Shown one piece after another: positions 1 to 14,600 of a stretch of DNA of 45,270 bases. The first letter of the stretch is position 1, and every line of letters begins with the position of its first letter. The position numbers and the translations under genes are program-made. The notes under the pieces are model-generated. The model had not been told where the DNA came from. It made no database searches and saw nothing but the letters and a program-made list of their open reading frames with translations. This DNA comes from a virus (taxonomy: Duplodnaviria; Caudoviricetes), in the IMG/VR virus record IMGVR_UViG_3300017913_002579, positions 1-45,270 of that record; one strand, 5' to 3'.

Positions 1-1488
1 AACAGCGTGATGAGTCAAAAAGAACGCGAAGAGTCCTACAAAAGGATGACCATCATGCAAAAACTGACAACCTCTTACTTGATGTTTGGCGGCGTAGCGA
101 AGATGAATAACAAGATTCTCCGAATCGCTAATAACCGATTTACTCGTTTAATGACGCGCGTATTCGCATTGGTGGGGATATTCCTTATCGTTGGTTTTGC
201 GCTGGCGGCGCTATCGTTAGCGATGGACGGCACGAATAGCGATGTTCTCAAAATCACCGAAGACATGGGGCCTATGCATGACGCGATGCAGGGCTTGGCG
301 CTTGTTATCACAGGCGAAGGGGATGATGGTTTAGCGGCACTCTTTGACATTCTCGCGGTTTCAATTTTAGGCGCGGCGGCGGCGATGACCGTGTTCAACG
401 GACGCGCGGCTCTCATTATCGGCGCTGGTTTAGCCATCGCTGGTGTTTATCAACTCGTCAAGAATGAAACGGGCGAATCAACCATCGCTTTCATGGGTGC
501 GGCGGCGGTTGCTCTTGGGCTGGCGGCTTCTTTTTACTTCTTGAGAGCGGCAATGGTTGGCATGATGACAGGCACAATGGGTGCGGCTTCTATGACTGTT
601 GCGACAATTCTTGGCGGGTTTGCGTTGGTTTTGGGTGGGCTTGTCGGTCTTTACATGTATATGACAGGCGCAGGTGAAGGACTCAAAGGATTCTTACTTG
701 GGTTGTTTAGCGTGATTGCTGTTGCAGTCGGAGCGGCGCTACTCGGCGTCATGAGCATACCTGTTGCCATCGGATTGGCTTTGCTTTTGTTGGTCGCGAC
801 AATCATTCGCTATTGGGAAGAAACGAAAATAATTTTTAGGACAATTGGTGGTTGGTTAAAGGGCTTTGCTGGCATGATTTGGTATGGTCTGCTGGCTGGA
901 TTGGGATTGGTCGCGGGTATTATCGCTGGTTTCTTCGCAACTTGGGTTACGCTGATTTTTGGAACAATCAATGGCATCGTCCAAGCAATTTTCGCGGTAG
1001 GCAAATCGTTTTACAACGATGTTATCAAAGGCGGGGGTTCACTCGTTGATTGGTTCTTGGGCATCCCAAGCACGCTTAAAGAGGGTTTTACGAATGGATT
1101 CAAATCGGTTTTCAGCGCAGTCATTGACATTTACAATGACTTTGCAGACTCTATGTCCTTTGACATTCCCGATTGGGTTCCCAAAATCGGCGGCAATGAG
1201 TTTAAACTTCCAAAAATCCCTGAATTAGCGAAGGGCGGTATCGTCAACAGCCCTACGCTCGCTATGATTGGCGAAGACGGACCCGAAGCGGTTGTGCCTC
1301 TCAGCAAGCGCAACAACCCCGACGGCATCGGATTAGGCGGCGGTGGAGGTATCACCGTCAACATCAATGTCGCAGGTGTCACCGACCGCACCGACAAGAA
1401 GCAATTGGCTCGCGAAATTGGCGACCTCATCCGCGCTGAAATGGGACGCGGTGGTCGCTCCTACGGCAACAGGAGGTCTGCTGTATGA
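1..1488 (+). CDS. Tail tape measure protein, C-terminal part (5'-truncated by window)
   Basis: Frame is open from base 1. A long Ala/Gly/hydrophobic helical region is followed by the typical tape-measure C-terminal motif IPELAKGGIVNSPTLAMIGEDGPEAVVPL and ITVNINV. Tail genes follow. Confidence 0.8.
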   Translation, partial: NSVMSQKEREESYKRMTIMQKLTTSYLMFGGVAKMNNKILRIANNRFTRLMTRVFALVGIFLIVGFALAALSLAMDGTNSDVLKITEDMGPMHDAMQGLALVITGEGDDGLAALFDILAVSILGAAAAMTVFNGRAALIIGAGLAIAGVYQLVKNETGESTIAFMGAAAVALGLAASFYFLRAAMVGMMTGTMGAASMTVATILGGFALVLGGLVGLYMYMTGAGEGLKGFLLGLFSVIAVAVGAALLGVMSIPVAIGLALLLLVATIIRYWEETKIIFRTIGGWLKGFAGMIWYGLLAGLGLVAGIIAGFFATWVTLIFGTINGIVQAIFAVGKSFYNDVIKGGGSLVDWFLGIPSTLKEGFTNGFKSVFSAVIDIYNDFADSMSFDIPDWVPKIGGNEFKLPKIPELAKGGIVNSPTLAMIGEDGPEAVVPLSKRNNPDGIGLGGGGGITVNINVAGVTDRTDKKQLAREIGDLIRAEMGRGGRSYGNRRSAV

Positions 1489-2672
1489 CGAAGGTTCGCC
1501 TCATCCGCAACGATGGTGAAGTCATCTCGCTTGATGTGACCTCTTACAGCATGAACATCACGCGTAGCGTTCCTGTTCTCAATGTGCCTGTTCTTGGTGA
1601 GCGCTACGGTGTTGACATGAACATGGTGAGCGCTGATTTCCGATTGAGCGTCATCCTCGCTGATGACAACTGCGCCGCTTCCGAGTTTGAGAAAACTGCG
1701 GCATCAGCCTCAATTGACTTTAGCGCGCTCAAGGACAACAGCGGAGGTAGTCATCCAATCATGATGACGGGTGATGGCGGAGCGACTGACCCTGCTCACA
1801 TCAACGGATATTTTTTTGAGATTGAAACGGCTTACACGGGGCAGAACACCACTCGCAAACCTGTTCGCGTTGTGTTTGATTCAAGCACCGCGTCGCATAG
1901 CAAAACCAACAATCCACCTATCACTACCGTGGGTATCAGCGGAGCAACTACGGGCGCGCTCATTGCTTCGCGAATCAAAACTGCATTGGAAGGCGCGGCA
2001 GGGCAATACAGCGACCAACTGACTACGGATGGAGGGACGAACTTCACCGATGCATTCACCATCACCGCGGGGGTAGGCAAAAACTTAACCACCAACTGCA
2101 AACTCACATTTACGGCGAAAGAAAAAGGCTTCGCGGGCAACAACGAAACGCCTTCATTCAGCACGAACTTCGCTAAAAACACACCGTTCTTTGAAACATT
2201 CGGTGGAGGTAAAGACCGCACCTGCAAAAGCGCGGGAGATAAGTTGCAAGACCTCATCGCGTATGTCGGCAACGCCAGCCTCGCTGGTGTGTCGGGCAAA
2301 GCGCTCGGCGGTCCCTCAACTCCCGACGACCCAAACTCGTTGATTGAGCAGGACATTAGTTTGGCTACGCGCCAAACGGCAGACTACATCGTAGGCATGC
2401 AATTGCCCTACAACTCAACTGTCACTTCAACAGCAACAGGCACGCGCGACTACACGGAGCGCAACTTCATTATCGTGACGGGTAAGTCAAACGCTGACCA
2501 ACAGGATTCGGGTGCTAATCAACTGAGCGTGTCCACGCTGTTTGACCCAACAAATCCATTCACAGGTATCGCAGGGACGGTCGTTGCAATGGGGTTCTCT
2601 TACAACGCTGGCGAGAATGTTTACGAGGGTGACCTCACATTCCAGCCGATTGATTTCATCGTGGGGACTTGA
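1485..2672 (+). CDS. Putative distal tail / tail structural protein (395 aa)
   Basis: ATGA overlap with the tape measure gene, preceded by AGGAGG. Thr/Gly/Ser-rich, beta-type composition. Function inferred from position only. Confidence 0.5.
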   Translation: MTKVRLIRNDGEVISLDVTSYSMNITRSVPVLNVPVLGERYGVDMNMVSADFRLSVILADDNCAASEFEKTAASASIDFSALKDNSGGSHPIMMTGDGGATDPAHINGYFFEIETAYTGQNTTRKPVRVVFDSSTASHSKTNNPPITTVGISGATTGALIASRIKTALEGAAGQYSDQLTTDGGTNFTDAFTITAGVGKNLTTNCKLTFTAKEKGFAGNNETPSFSTNFAKNTPFFETFGGGKDRTCKSAGDKLQDLIAYVGNASLAGVSGKALGGPSTPDDPNSLIEQDISLATRQTADYIVGMQLPYNSTVTSTATGTRDYTERNFIIVTGKSNADQQDSGANQLSVSTLFDPTNPFTGIAGTVVAMGFSYNAGENVYEGDLTFQPIDFIVGT

Positions 2673-2673
2673 T

Positions 2674-5600
2674 ATGGCGGTTATCGGGCAAACGAGTCAT
2701 GCGCTGTTCTTCAATGGCGTAAGCGATAGCGTCGTTTGTCCGCAAGGCGATTTCACACAAACAGGACATAAGCGCGTGCTTGGGGGCAACGATGCTCGTT
2801 CATCCGCACCTGTCCTACAAGACGGTGACAGCCACCGATACGCGAACGGCATCAATCAATCGTTAGACAAGTTCACGCTTGAAGCATGGGTGTCACCCGA
2901 CTGCGGTGGCGTCATTGCCAGCAAAGCAGGGTTGTTTGAATTGCGCATGGGTTCTGTTGACGCGCCTGCGCCAGCATCATTCTCCGTCACATTCAGCAAC
3001 GGCGTCTCTCTTATTGCAACTACGGCTCTCAACTACCCTACCGCGGCAGACTCGTTTGTCTCAAACGATGTTGGCTACAATGTTGGACAGCGCGAACTTT
3101 ATCACATCATGGGGGAGTTCAATGGTCGCCAAGTCAAACTCTATGTCAACGGAGAACTGATGGCTTCCGAGCGAATGAACAAGAAGCACACCTGCAATGT
3201 CAATGACCAAGACTTGTTCATTGGTGGAGAAGGTGGCGAATACCGCGGCTACATTGAGTCAGTTCATTGGAAGCGCGATGTGAGTGAAGTAAGCACGCGC
3301 GCACAACCTACTCTTCGCTCAACCAGCACCATTGGTCTTTGGCGTTTTGAAGAACCTGTTGAGGTTGATGACACCGAATTCAACATCACATCAGCCGTGT
3401 CAGCAGGCGACACAACCATCACGATTGGTAGCACGCAATGTCAATCCCTCTATGAGTTGGTGAGTGGCAAATCCGATACCCTCTCAAGCAATTACACGCT
3501 GGAAAGCCTCGGCAACTACCGCGTCGCTAACGCCGCTCACAGCGGTGGAGCGCAGGTCATCAGCGTGGCTCATACACCATTCAATCTCATCATTAACCCA
3601 ACAGGCACAGATACGCTCACAGGCATCCCCAATGACAGTCCACCCGAAAGAGTTCGTCTTAAGCGCATCAATACGGACGGAACCATCACCGTTGACAGCA
3701 TCCACCTTGACTTTGGCGTTTCAGCCGACACAGGCTCACGCGGTGTGCTACACGCGCGCACAGCATTGGATACGAGCAACAACCTCGCAAACGACTCAAC
3801 AATAGTGCTTGTTCGCTCGGACTTGCTGATTGACGCCATATCGGGTAAGCCGTATCAAACGCTTGGCACAGGCAGTCAAGCAATTGACCGAACGGGCGCA
3901 ATGGTCATTGATGAAAGCGGCAACGGCTTTCACGGCTTCATGTTCTCACGAAGTGTCGCAACAGGCAACAACTTCTCTCCTTCATCGTGGTCCCTTGATG
4001 AGCGTTTCAAGATTGGACACACAGGGCGGCACAAATTCACTCACCGCGAAGGGCATCCATACCTTCGCCTCCTCCCCCCTACGCATTCACAAGATGTGAC
4101 GCGAACAATTGACGGCATTGCCGATGATGTGCTGGTCACATTCGCTGGTCCGTATCTTGGACTCAAAGAGCAACTGCCCATCAACAGCAAGGTTGATGTG
4201 ACGCATACGGCTATCAATTCTCGCATTTCTCAAATTATTATCAGAACAGAAACTAAAGGAATAGTGAGAAATGGATTAGCGAGCATTGATGCTCATCGCG
4301 ATGGGGTCATCGCGATTTCAGTTGAAGACATTCGCCCGTTCCTACTCAAGGGTGGAGGTATTGATGTTGACTCAACCGACGACGCTCAATACAAAAAACA
4401 CCTCACACCCGAAACAGAATCGCGTGTTGCCATCCTTGAGGTGTCGGGGTTGGATGCAGGGTATGTTGAGATTCACTACAACGCAATTGACCTTACAGGT
4501 GGCAAAATGGGTCTTAGCGACCCTGCGTTGCTTATCACAAAAACAGTTCCCGACGCAGGCTCATACCTCAATGGCAAGCGCGTAGCGGAACACATCGCTG
4601 ATGCCGTTGGTGCAAACGCTACCATCCACTCAGCAGGCGGTATCATTTACGCAACACCTCAAGACATTGGGGACGGCAACATCGCGCTTCTTCCTCACTA
4701 CTTGGTTGGAGATAACGCAGGTGGGGTTGACTACGAGGATGATTTGGACGAATCCCTCATCCCTTCCAACTACACGCCTCGCAACACAGGAGATGAGCCT
4801 TCAAAACCACCTCAAGGGTTAGGAACAACGAAACACCCGTCTGCTTATCACAAGTTGCACTTGCAACCTCGTAAGCGCGGAGCAAGCGACCCTCCTGTTG
4901 GGGAAGCCCCTGTTCGCTATCAAGAAGAAAAACAATTCGCGTCACAGAAGGGTGGCGCGTTTGAGATGTTTGATATTATTGACAATGACAAGGATGGTGA
5001 TAACTACATCTTCATCGTCCAGCCATCTAAACGCGAACGAACAATGCAGTTGTCAAGAGTGACGCCGTTGACTGTTGACTCAGCCGACCCTACGCGCTTC
5101 TTGGTTGAGTTCACTCAATCGGTCTGTCGCATGTCATCAATGCGAATCAAAGACTCATCAGCAGGCCGTATGCTGTTCATGGAAGGCAAGGGTTTGATGG
5201 ATGATGTTTCCGACCAAACCGTTTCTTACAGCGGCGACGGAAGCCCCGACTCACACATTGTCAAAGAAATTCAACCGGGCGCACCCGTAGTTTCAGTCAC
5301 GCTCGGTGGTGCAGGTCAAGGAGCGGTCAACACAAAACCCACATGGGACCCCGCAACGCTGTCGCGCATTGGTTGGAATACGCGCCACGCAGTCGCAACA
5401 CAAGCGAGCGGTATCAGCACTACCTTGTATCAAATTGATGTAACACCGCTCAACAATTCATCCCTCACATCATGGGGAACTTATGGGTTTCCTGCAACGG
5501 GACGCATTTATCTAACGAACGGTGCTAACGCAGAATACACAAGTCGCACAGGCATCACCTTCCAATTTTCAGCAAGTGCAACGGCTGGTAGCGGGACATT

Positions 5601-8600
5601 CAAACTGTCAAACGGGCGAGAAGTGTTGACATTCAGCGATTGGGTGACGCAAAGCAAATTGACATTTGGCGACGACATACTGCTTGATTCGCTCTTTAAC
5701 TCATCTTCAATCTGCGCTGACGGAACAACCGTCAATGACCGTCTTTTCCAATCCATCGGTTCCGTTCAACACGACTATCAACTTGGCACTCAATACGCCA
5801 GCACTCGCGCGCTTGTTGAGATACCTCTTTTCCCTCAACAGTTCTTTGAGGACCGCGACGCAGGCATTTTCCCCGGCCCCGACAACAGCATGAAGTTGCA
5901 TCTTGACGCAACGATGACGGCACACACTTGGAACCCTTCACCTGTTGGACGACGCGCACCAAGTTATCCAGCCAACGATTACGAAGCGTTTGGACAATAC
6001 CAATACCGCCTTGTCAACAATCTGCCTATTCGCGCCACCGTAAACCGATACGAACGACGCGGGAGTAGCACCACTTTGCACATCCAAGAAGGGGTCGGGC
6101 GCATTCCCGAATCGGACTTTGACGCGGCTGGAACCGTTCGCGGAGTAAGCATTGGAAGGGCGCGCAGAGTTATTTTGGGTAACGGTGAATGGGCATACTA
6201 TGACAAGGCTGGCAATTCAATTACACTCAGTCACACCAAAGGCCATTCAAGCGAAGACTTCTTTTCCTCGTTAGAGGTTGGCTCTCAAATCATTGTCGGC
6301 GCTGTTGCTGACGGCAACAACTTCCCGATGACGGGGGATGCTGACTATGCATCTTCTGCTCAAGAATACCGTCGCCCGTTTTACTATGACCGTGGTAGCG
6401 TGATGACGCAAGGCGGCAACCTTGACTATGGTTTGAGGCAATATGTTAGCGCTGTTGAGTTTAAGGCTGGACCTCTTGCTAATCCTCACCTGCCACGCAT
6501 TGAAACGCGCGGAGCAAAACTCAAACTGATTACAGTCAAAACAGGACAAACCTTCTATTTTGAAGGCGACTTGCCCAAAGGACACTTACCTACAAACTAC
6601 GCTTTCGCGGCAGTCAACGAAGACACGGGGCGCAAATATCAAATCACTTACAACTCATCAACAGCGGTCAACGAATTAACCACGGCGGCTCATCCTGTGC
6701 TTGATAGCACAGCACCGAACCTCTCCGCTGGTGATGTTATTACGGTCATTGGAATCTATGCAACCAATGCAACCACACTTCCTCTCAAGCAAGAAGATGG
6801 TATCGCAAATGCTACATGGAACAACCCGTATTGCGGAGGTGGTTTGCGCTACGGTGATACGGTATGGATGAACATGCATTACACAAACCCTCACGCAATT
6901 GAGGGAATGTTTTGTAAGTCGCGAGGAGTTCTTAACGAATACGAGGTTTGGAGCGGTTTCAATGGCGGTAAGACTGCGTTGGAAGATGAAGCGCGCAATA
7001 CTCTTCCCCTTGAAAACTTCCTTATTGGCGATACTTGTATTGAAACTGCTCGCAACTTTGTTCAACATGTAAACAAGACCATTGAACTCAATTGGAGTGA
7101 ACTTGGTCACACAACAAACGCGCCCGTAGTTGCTTACCTTGACCCTTACCTTACAACCGAAACACACGCCCGCGTTCTTCTTTACGATGTAGCCCACGAC
7201 CGTGAGTTCATTGCGTTTCATGACCTTCACATGCAAGTTCAATCAAGCGCGGCGACGCCAACCATTGACGGGCTTGATGTTGCCGCTGGATTCAAAACCC
7301 AACGCAAAGACAAGGCGACCACATCAAGCACCGATTCGCAAACCATCAACAGCAACTCTTACGACCTTATCAAAGATGAAGGCAAGTCGCGCTTTGTTGA
7401 AGGTGCATACGCTCACAAAATGTGGTGGCTGATGGACAACGACTACTTGGCTACATCGGGTGTTGCGTCTAACAATTATGTCCGCAAGTCAAGAGCAACA
7501 GACCACATTGTCGCTTTTGGTGATGAATCGGCTGAGTTTGGTCAAGGACGCGTATCGCAATCAATTGTTGACATAAACAAAGCCGCATTGCGCCACGCTG
7601 AAACTGTTGACCATGATGTGTCCGAAGCCATCATTGACGACGACACAGGGCATTACGAGTTTAGCGCGACATTTTTTGATTCACCCGAAGGGACACGCGT
7701 TATCTCAGCCTTCCTTTGTTTGAAAGGTAAGCGCGCTACAAACAACGCTTTGAGCGACCATTACGAATCTCAACTTCAACACCTACCTCATTGGGAAGAA
7801 ATGGACTTTGTTCGCCGACTCACCATTGATATGGGCGAAGTTGGTCTTCGCGAAGGTGTGACTGACATTGAAGCCGCCGCGCGAGAAGTTGTTCGCCTCA
7901 TCAATCAAGGCGGTGCGCTTAACGGTCGTAGCAGTCAACGACGACCATCCGACCAATATGCGGGTGAAGGTGAGCGATTTGACATTAACCGCCGCTCGGT
8001 ATCAGTTGCTGGTAGCGATACAAACGAGCCGACTGACGCTACTGCTATTCATCATCACGCTGACTTTGCTGTCACAGGTTCAACGCATGACCCTGCTCCG
8101 TTTTGGATGAACAGCGCGTTTACATCATTTGACCGTGGTTCTCACATGGGTTATTTGCGCGCACATATTGGTCGCGTTGTTGAAGATGCAAACGGCAACG
8201 AGGGATATAGTATTGTCATTCACAGCACCGTTCCCGGTGCGACAGGACGCAACTTCTGTGCTTGGTTAGACAACAGCAAGTCGCAGGCTGAATACAAGCC
8301 GCAATTCCTTATCGGACACGGTGGGCGATTTCGCAACTTCTTCTGCTCCCCGCCCGAAATGGCTGGTGAAAACATGCATCCTGCTCCGATGCCCATTGAC
8401 AAAAACGGCAAACCGTTTGCTCCAATTACAACATTGCGCGAATATGTAGCGTTAGATGAAGTGGCTGATGAATTCATCACCAATCTTCATCTTGGCTACA
8501 ACGCCAACTACAACAGCGGTGAAGATTTTGATTCAGCCAACACGGGTGCGACAACAGGTCGTTCGTCAAACAGCGGCGCGATGGAGTCATTTGAAAACGC

Positions 8601-11600
8601 TGGACACAAATTTACCGTCCGAGAAGGGCTACAAACAGGAACGCGCGCTAAAGCAAGAATCAACTTCGGAGGTATTGTAGCATCGGGGGTTCCGGGTTTC
8701 GCACCCGATGCAGGTCTTTGGGGCTTTGGTGAAGACGGCAAATCCAGCGGTCGCTTTGTTAAAATTTATGGAGAATATCTAACAAGCAGTTCGTCGTATT
8801 ATTCGTCGTATTCTGCTTATGTTCCTTCAAGCGAAGTCAACGACACAATTACAGGAACACAATCACTCTATGGTTTGAAAATGGTTGACCACCGAGGTAA
8901 ATCTCACATTCTTCGCTACATTTATCGTCGCGCAGGTCAAACTTTTGCTCACAAAAATACGGTTATGCCGACAACGCTTGACGAAGAAACGCTGATTCAC
9001 TTTGACGACCGCGACATTGCTCAAGGCGGGTTTACCATTGGAGCGCACATGTGGGGCGAAGGGAGTGTTGGCACTCCGTTCTTTTACAGCGCAACGGTTG
9101 AAAATCAATGGCGAGGCAATAAGTGGCGAGGTGTTTACACACCAAACGCCGGATACGCAGTCAGCATTGACCCATCAATGGCAACCAATACGCTTGGCAT
9201 TCACGACGCCAGCGGATATGGTTATCATGACGGGGGGATATGGCATCATCTTCCCGATGTTGATGATGTCCTCGGTTGGATGGGATTCCCCGATAGCGGA
9301 TTGATTTGGGTTGCCGCGCCCAATTCAACGACAACATACGAAACATCGGGTATTGTCTTCTCTTACACTTCGCGAACGCACAATGGTCGCGGCGGACCGC
9401 ACACTTTCTTTGGACTCAAGGGAGACGATGCTGATGCTGTCGTGTCAACTTATTTCTCAACAGCGGCAAAGCAAGGACCTACCGCTTACAATAACAATGC
9501 AACGCCTATCATCATCAGCCCACATCTCAATCAAACAACCATTGTCACCGACGAATTGATTGCCGCGGCAACTGCTTATGCCTTTACCGTGGACCCCAAT
9601 GAGGACGACCAATTCTTTGACTGTTCACATTTGCGCGCACCCGACGGTCGCACTTACGGAGACATTATGGGTAGCGCGGCTCAAACTGCTATCAAAATCA
9701 CCAAGTTCAATCCGAATAAGCAGGTGATACCGCTTCGCACAATGTTCAGCGTATCCTTGTCAAAAGATTGGGGCATCAACGCAAGTAGCAAAGAAAGTGC
9801 AAACATTAACGCGTCACACGGTAGCGATGGACAATTTGGAGGTGTGATAACAACAACTCAAGACCTCAACGCCCTCATGCTTGATTGTGGTTATCTTCCA
9901 AGCACTTTGTTGACGATTACTACGCGCTATCGCGGCTACAACGCCAACACCGCCACCCCTATTCTCATTGACCAAAACAACAACGCCGTTCCAACTGATG
10001 ATTGGCAAAAGCATCTTCGCGGAGATAAGTTCACGCGGTTTGAAGGCGACCACATCACTCCCGCCCTTGAGTCGCATACTTTTGAGTTGGACACTCAGTC
10101 GGGCAGTCTTCCGTCGGGAGAAAAAGACACTTACCAACTTGAGTTGCGCGACCCTCACAACTTTGCTGTGCTTGGTCGCCAATACGCTTGGCAATTGCAA
10201 CATGTTGACACAAGCGGCAATAACCTTAATCGCGACTCTCACGATGAGTTTGGAGGTGCAATTGATGGTTCTTGGTCACCATTTAAGCGCATGGACTTGA
10301 CAGAAGATTCCTACATCTATTGCGCCGCTTTCAGTCCTATTGAACGCGGCGGTGGAGAAGCGACTGATGTGACGGCACAGATGATTGGCTGGCACAACGA
10401 GGAAGCAAAGGGAGACTTCCGAACGCTGTTGGGTAGCACAGGTCAGTTGATGCAACGCTTCAAGTTCGTCAACGACATTCAAGGTATGCGTTTGCGCGCA
10501 AATCGCCGAGGCAACCCATTGCTTTACTTCCGAGGCGCGCACGACAGTCTTGACCATCATGTTCCACTCTATTTCGGCGGCGGTTTCAGCGGCGTGGTCA
10601 TGGACATTAACGACGGGTCGCGCGTTGATTACAGCACTCACAACAAACATCCGTATGCAAGCGGTCCTACGGGTAGTGCAGGATTGCAAAACATTGGTGA
10701 AAACATGGGCGCGTTTGCGCTTCTTGATACCGCCGCCATGTTTGCAATGTTCCCTGCCGCGCCGTTGGCTAATCAGCATCGTGGTGAGGCTACTCCGCCG
10801 TTCGCAAATGTGGATGCTGTATTGAATCCCGACATTGACGGCAACACGGACACGCATGACATTCCTAACACAACTTACACCAATGTCAAAATTGCTAAAC
10901 CGATGCCAATTATTCTTCGGTTTGCGCACCCTTATGCGCGCTATGATGACACTACCAATTGCGTTGCTTACATGATATTTGGACCGGGGCAAGCCGTTCC
11001 CAAGCATTGGCGAGGTGAAAGTCAAACGCTGACCACATCGGTTGAACCATCGGCAAAGTGGACAGCGGCGTGGAAAAAATACTGTTCCAAAGACGGAGAC
11101 ATGACGACGACATTCAATCAAGGCGTCGCGTCGGGTTATCACCTACCAAACGAACTAAGCAACGGTGAACTCAACGGAGCAAACGATGAGTTCCTACCGC
11201 CAACAAACGCGTATGGGGCAAACAATGTATTCCCTTACGAGACATACCGACATTGGGAACCATCTTACGGCTCTCCAAACAGCGCGTTTAACCACACGCT
11301 TTCAACGCAAGGTCGCTATGTCAGCAGTCATTTTTGGGGTCCAACAGGAACAAAAAGCGGGTCTGAACTTGTTGCCCATCCTTTCTCGCATTACAGCATA
11401 AGCGCGCGCTTTTCATCTGCTATTACCAACTTTAGCGCTAACAAACTCATTTACCATCTTGACGGCGGCTACACCGCTGGTGGTTCTTGGTTTGACAATG
11501 GTGTGCGAAAAAACGCACCACATCCTGTCACAGCGACGCTTGTAAACTCAGCAAACGGCGCAGTCTCCTACATTGACCGCATTGGCTTAAACGCCACTAT

Positions 11601-14600
11601 GTTCCGAGTTGGCTCTCAAGTGTTGACGGAATACGACCATGATTTGAGCGAATCAGTTCCCGATGATGTGTTTTTGATTGATGCAACGCGCTGTCAAAAC
11701 AGCGAAGAGTTGGGGGCAGTCGTCGCCGCGGCTATCAACACATTCCCCGGTCGCGCAAATCTCAAGGCTCTCGGAGGTTCTTTCCTCCCCTCGTTCCAAG
11801 ACGCACAGCGACAGGACAAATACGGCTGGATTGATGTTGGTGACCTCGGCACTTATTCGGACCCAACCGCTGGCAGTCTTGTCTCAATCGCAACAGCGCC
11901 TTTGCCGATGACGCTACCCGAAAATGGATGGATACGCGTTGCCAACGGAACAAACGCCTACTACGGCTACTACTCTCATTACGATGTAGCAAACGGCACA
12001 TTTGTTCTCGGCAACAACTTTGCGGACAGTCAGGCTCGCTTAGAAGACCCAACAACAGGCGCGGGGGTCAACTCGCTCACAGGAGAGAATTACAAAGTTT
12101 TCGTGTGGTCCAAAGCAGGTTGCCTGCGATGGGATAACGGGTTCCAAAAAGCAAGCGCTTCGTCGCGCAACACAGCCGTTACGGCATCGGGTCAAATGTC
12201 TAACTCTCCGTTTGACCACTATGCTTCAACACAAGTTCACTTTAGTGGCGTCACGGACGCTATTGATAGGACGCGCGCTGTTGGTGCTATTGGCTGGCAT
12301 GGTGAGCGCTACTCTTACCTCAACAGCCTCAACATCAGCGATAAGGTAGCGGCAGGTCTTGGCGCGTGGCATCCAATGCTCGGCTTCAACCCGTATGGTT
12401 CGGGTATGGCTTGCCATCAGCCTAAATCGTTGGAATGGACACTTGAAACAAACGAGGGTAGCGACTCGTCCGATTTTACTTGGACGCCTAAAACAAATGT
12501 GCATGACGCAACAGGTCTGCACCAGCGCCACTTTGTTGTCATTTCTTACGAGGGCGACTTACCTATCATCGCTAAAGCGTCGCGCAACGGACAAAAGGCA
12601 TGTGGTGATATGTTGCAACTCAAGTGGGGCGGGACGCAAGGTGGAACCGTCACAGCATATCACAACGAGCGCTTCAACAACGACAGGTATTCTGCTGAAT
12701 CAAACGCCGGTCCTCATGTTGAAGCACTTTACGACACGACCATGACGCGACCAACTGACGACTCTCCGTTGTGGACGACTGCGGCGGCAACTGCCGCTGA
12801 ACTCACGCAAGCCGAAACTTGCCTGTTCCCGACAGGGGACCTTTTCTTTGACAAACAAGAGAACCCAAACAACGCTCACTACCCAAGCGATGCTTTGTTT
12901 GACTCCGAAACCGCAAAAGTGGAGATGACAGGATATGACACTTACAGCACTCATCGTAGTGGCGTTAATACATATTGGCGCGACCGTAGTGCCGCTCGCA
13001 ACTTCTTCGTTGAGCATGTTGTGTGGAAGCGAATGGGTGGCGGCAATCTTACTCTCCCTGCTCAAAATGCGCGCGGTCTTGGCGGCGTGCCGTGGCAAAT
13101 CCACAAGGTTGGTTCCGACTATGTGAAGTTCGGTGAAACGATTTACGGCAATGTTCGCTTTTCGTTTGAGTCAACCAACGCCGCAATGTTCCCAATTATC
13201 CAAGCACAGGAGTTGGCTCATCCTGCTCTCGCTGAACAATACCCTTACGAAGTGCGCAACGCTCTCAACATACCCAATGAAGAGATGCAGTTTGCAACCG
13301 CTACCGTTGTTGACGATACGGGGCAAGAGCATACGCTGGAAGGCGGCTCACCGCTTGGTGTTGTTATTCGCGACTATGAGTTGGTCCATGACCGTGAAAA
13401 CGAGGGGCTTGCACCCGCGCTTGCAGGTTCGGGCGTATCGCCTAACATGAAAATACGCTTACCGAATCACGATGAAATCCCCGGCAACATCCTTGTGCGC
13501 GCGGGTTTTGACCGTCTTCAAGCATACCAACATGAAACGATGGGTAGCGGTGGTATGCATCACCCAAGTCAACCCGTTCAAGGCGTGGTTGATGTGTTTG
13601 AGTCGGATGCTTCGCGACCAAAGACTGCGCCTCGTTGGGAACAAGAAGGATACGAACACATCAATCAAAACCCAAACCACTTCCCCGACAGCAATAACAG
13701 CCTGCAATCGCGCAACATTCTTGAGACAGCCTACGAGCCTCACGACCGCGCGTTGTATTTCCATGTGACGAAGATGGGCTACACCTACACCGAACGAGAA
13801 CCGTTGAGCATCGTCAGCAACACCATGACGCTCAACCGACTCACAATTGACGAAGTAGGGACAGACACTATCACCACAAATGAGTTCATCAATGGCGATA
13901 TTTGGAAGCAAGACCCAACACCCGATGGACGCTACTTTATTTCAGTCAACGGAACGATTGCTTCGTTCACAGACCCCGATGATGACCTTGATGGAACAAC
14001 AAAGGTGTTTGAAAATGTCGTCTTCGCACCCGACTTTACTGCTTCTGCAAACGATAGCATCAAGCCGTCGTTCTATGTTCCCGCTGGCTCAACGCGTCAC
14101 TTCGCCGCTCGTCGTCTTCGCGACCACGCTGAGGTGAGTGGGAACAGCCCCGACAAACCACATACGGATTGGACTTCCGTAGCGACAAACACAAGCCCTG
14201 CCGATGAAGTAAGGAATGCGAACAAACTGACACCCATGCCTTTGCCGCGCATGGGACACCACTATGTAACGCCGACAATGGCAGTCATGCCGGGGCATCT
14301 TGCACACCCGTTGTATCAAAAACTCAACGCTGAGGCTCGCGCATGCTTTGGAGCAACAGACATGGATACCGACAAGGCTATCCACAATCCACTCCTATGG
14401 TTTTCGGGAACAACTGCACCCCATCCACCAAGCGACATTCACGGCGACGGCTTCACGCTATTGACTGAAACAAAGTTGCGCTTTGATGGATACGGTATTG
14501 CAGACGAGAGTGCTTCTTGCAATGCTGTTGGTGGTCATCGTATTCAACTTGAAAGCGGAACCAACTACAACACATCATGGAACTTCCCCGACCCTGCTGA

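Noticed and set aside
1811-1817. T7 run as a programmed frameshift site
   Set aside because: The host ORF is continuous and the alternative frames are short. Tail chaperone frameshifts normally lie upstream of the tape measure gene, outside this window.
2542-2673. ORF-track N-terminal extension of the giant protein
   Set aside because: It uses a TTG start overlapping the upstream gene by 131 nt. ATG 2674 follows the upstream stop directly and begins the LamG-like sequence.
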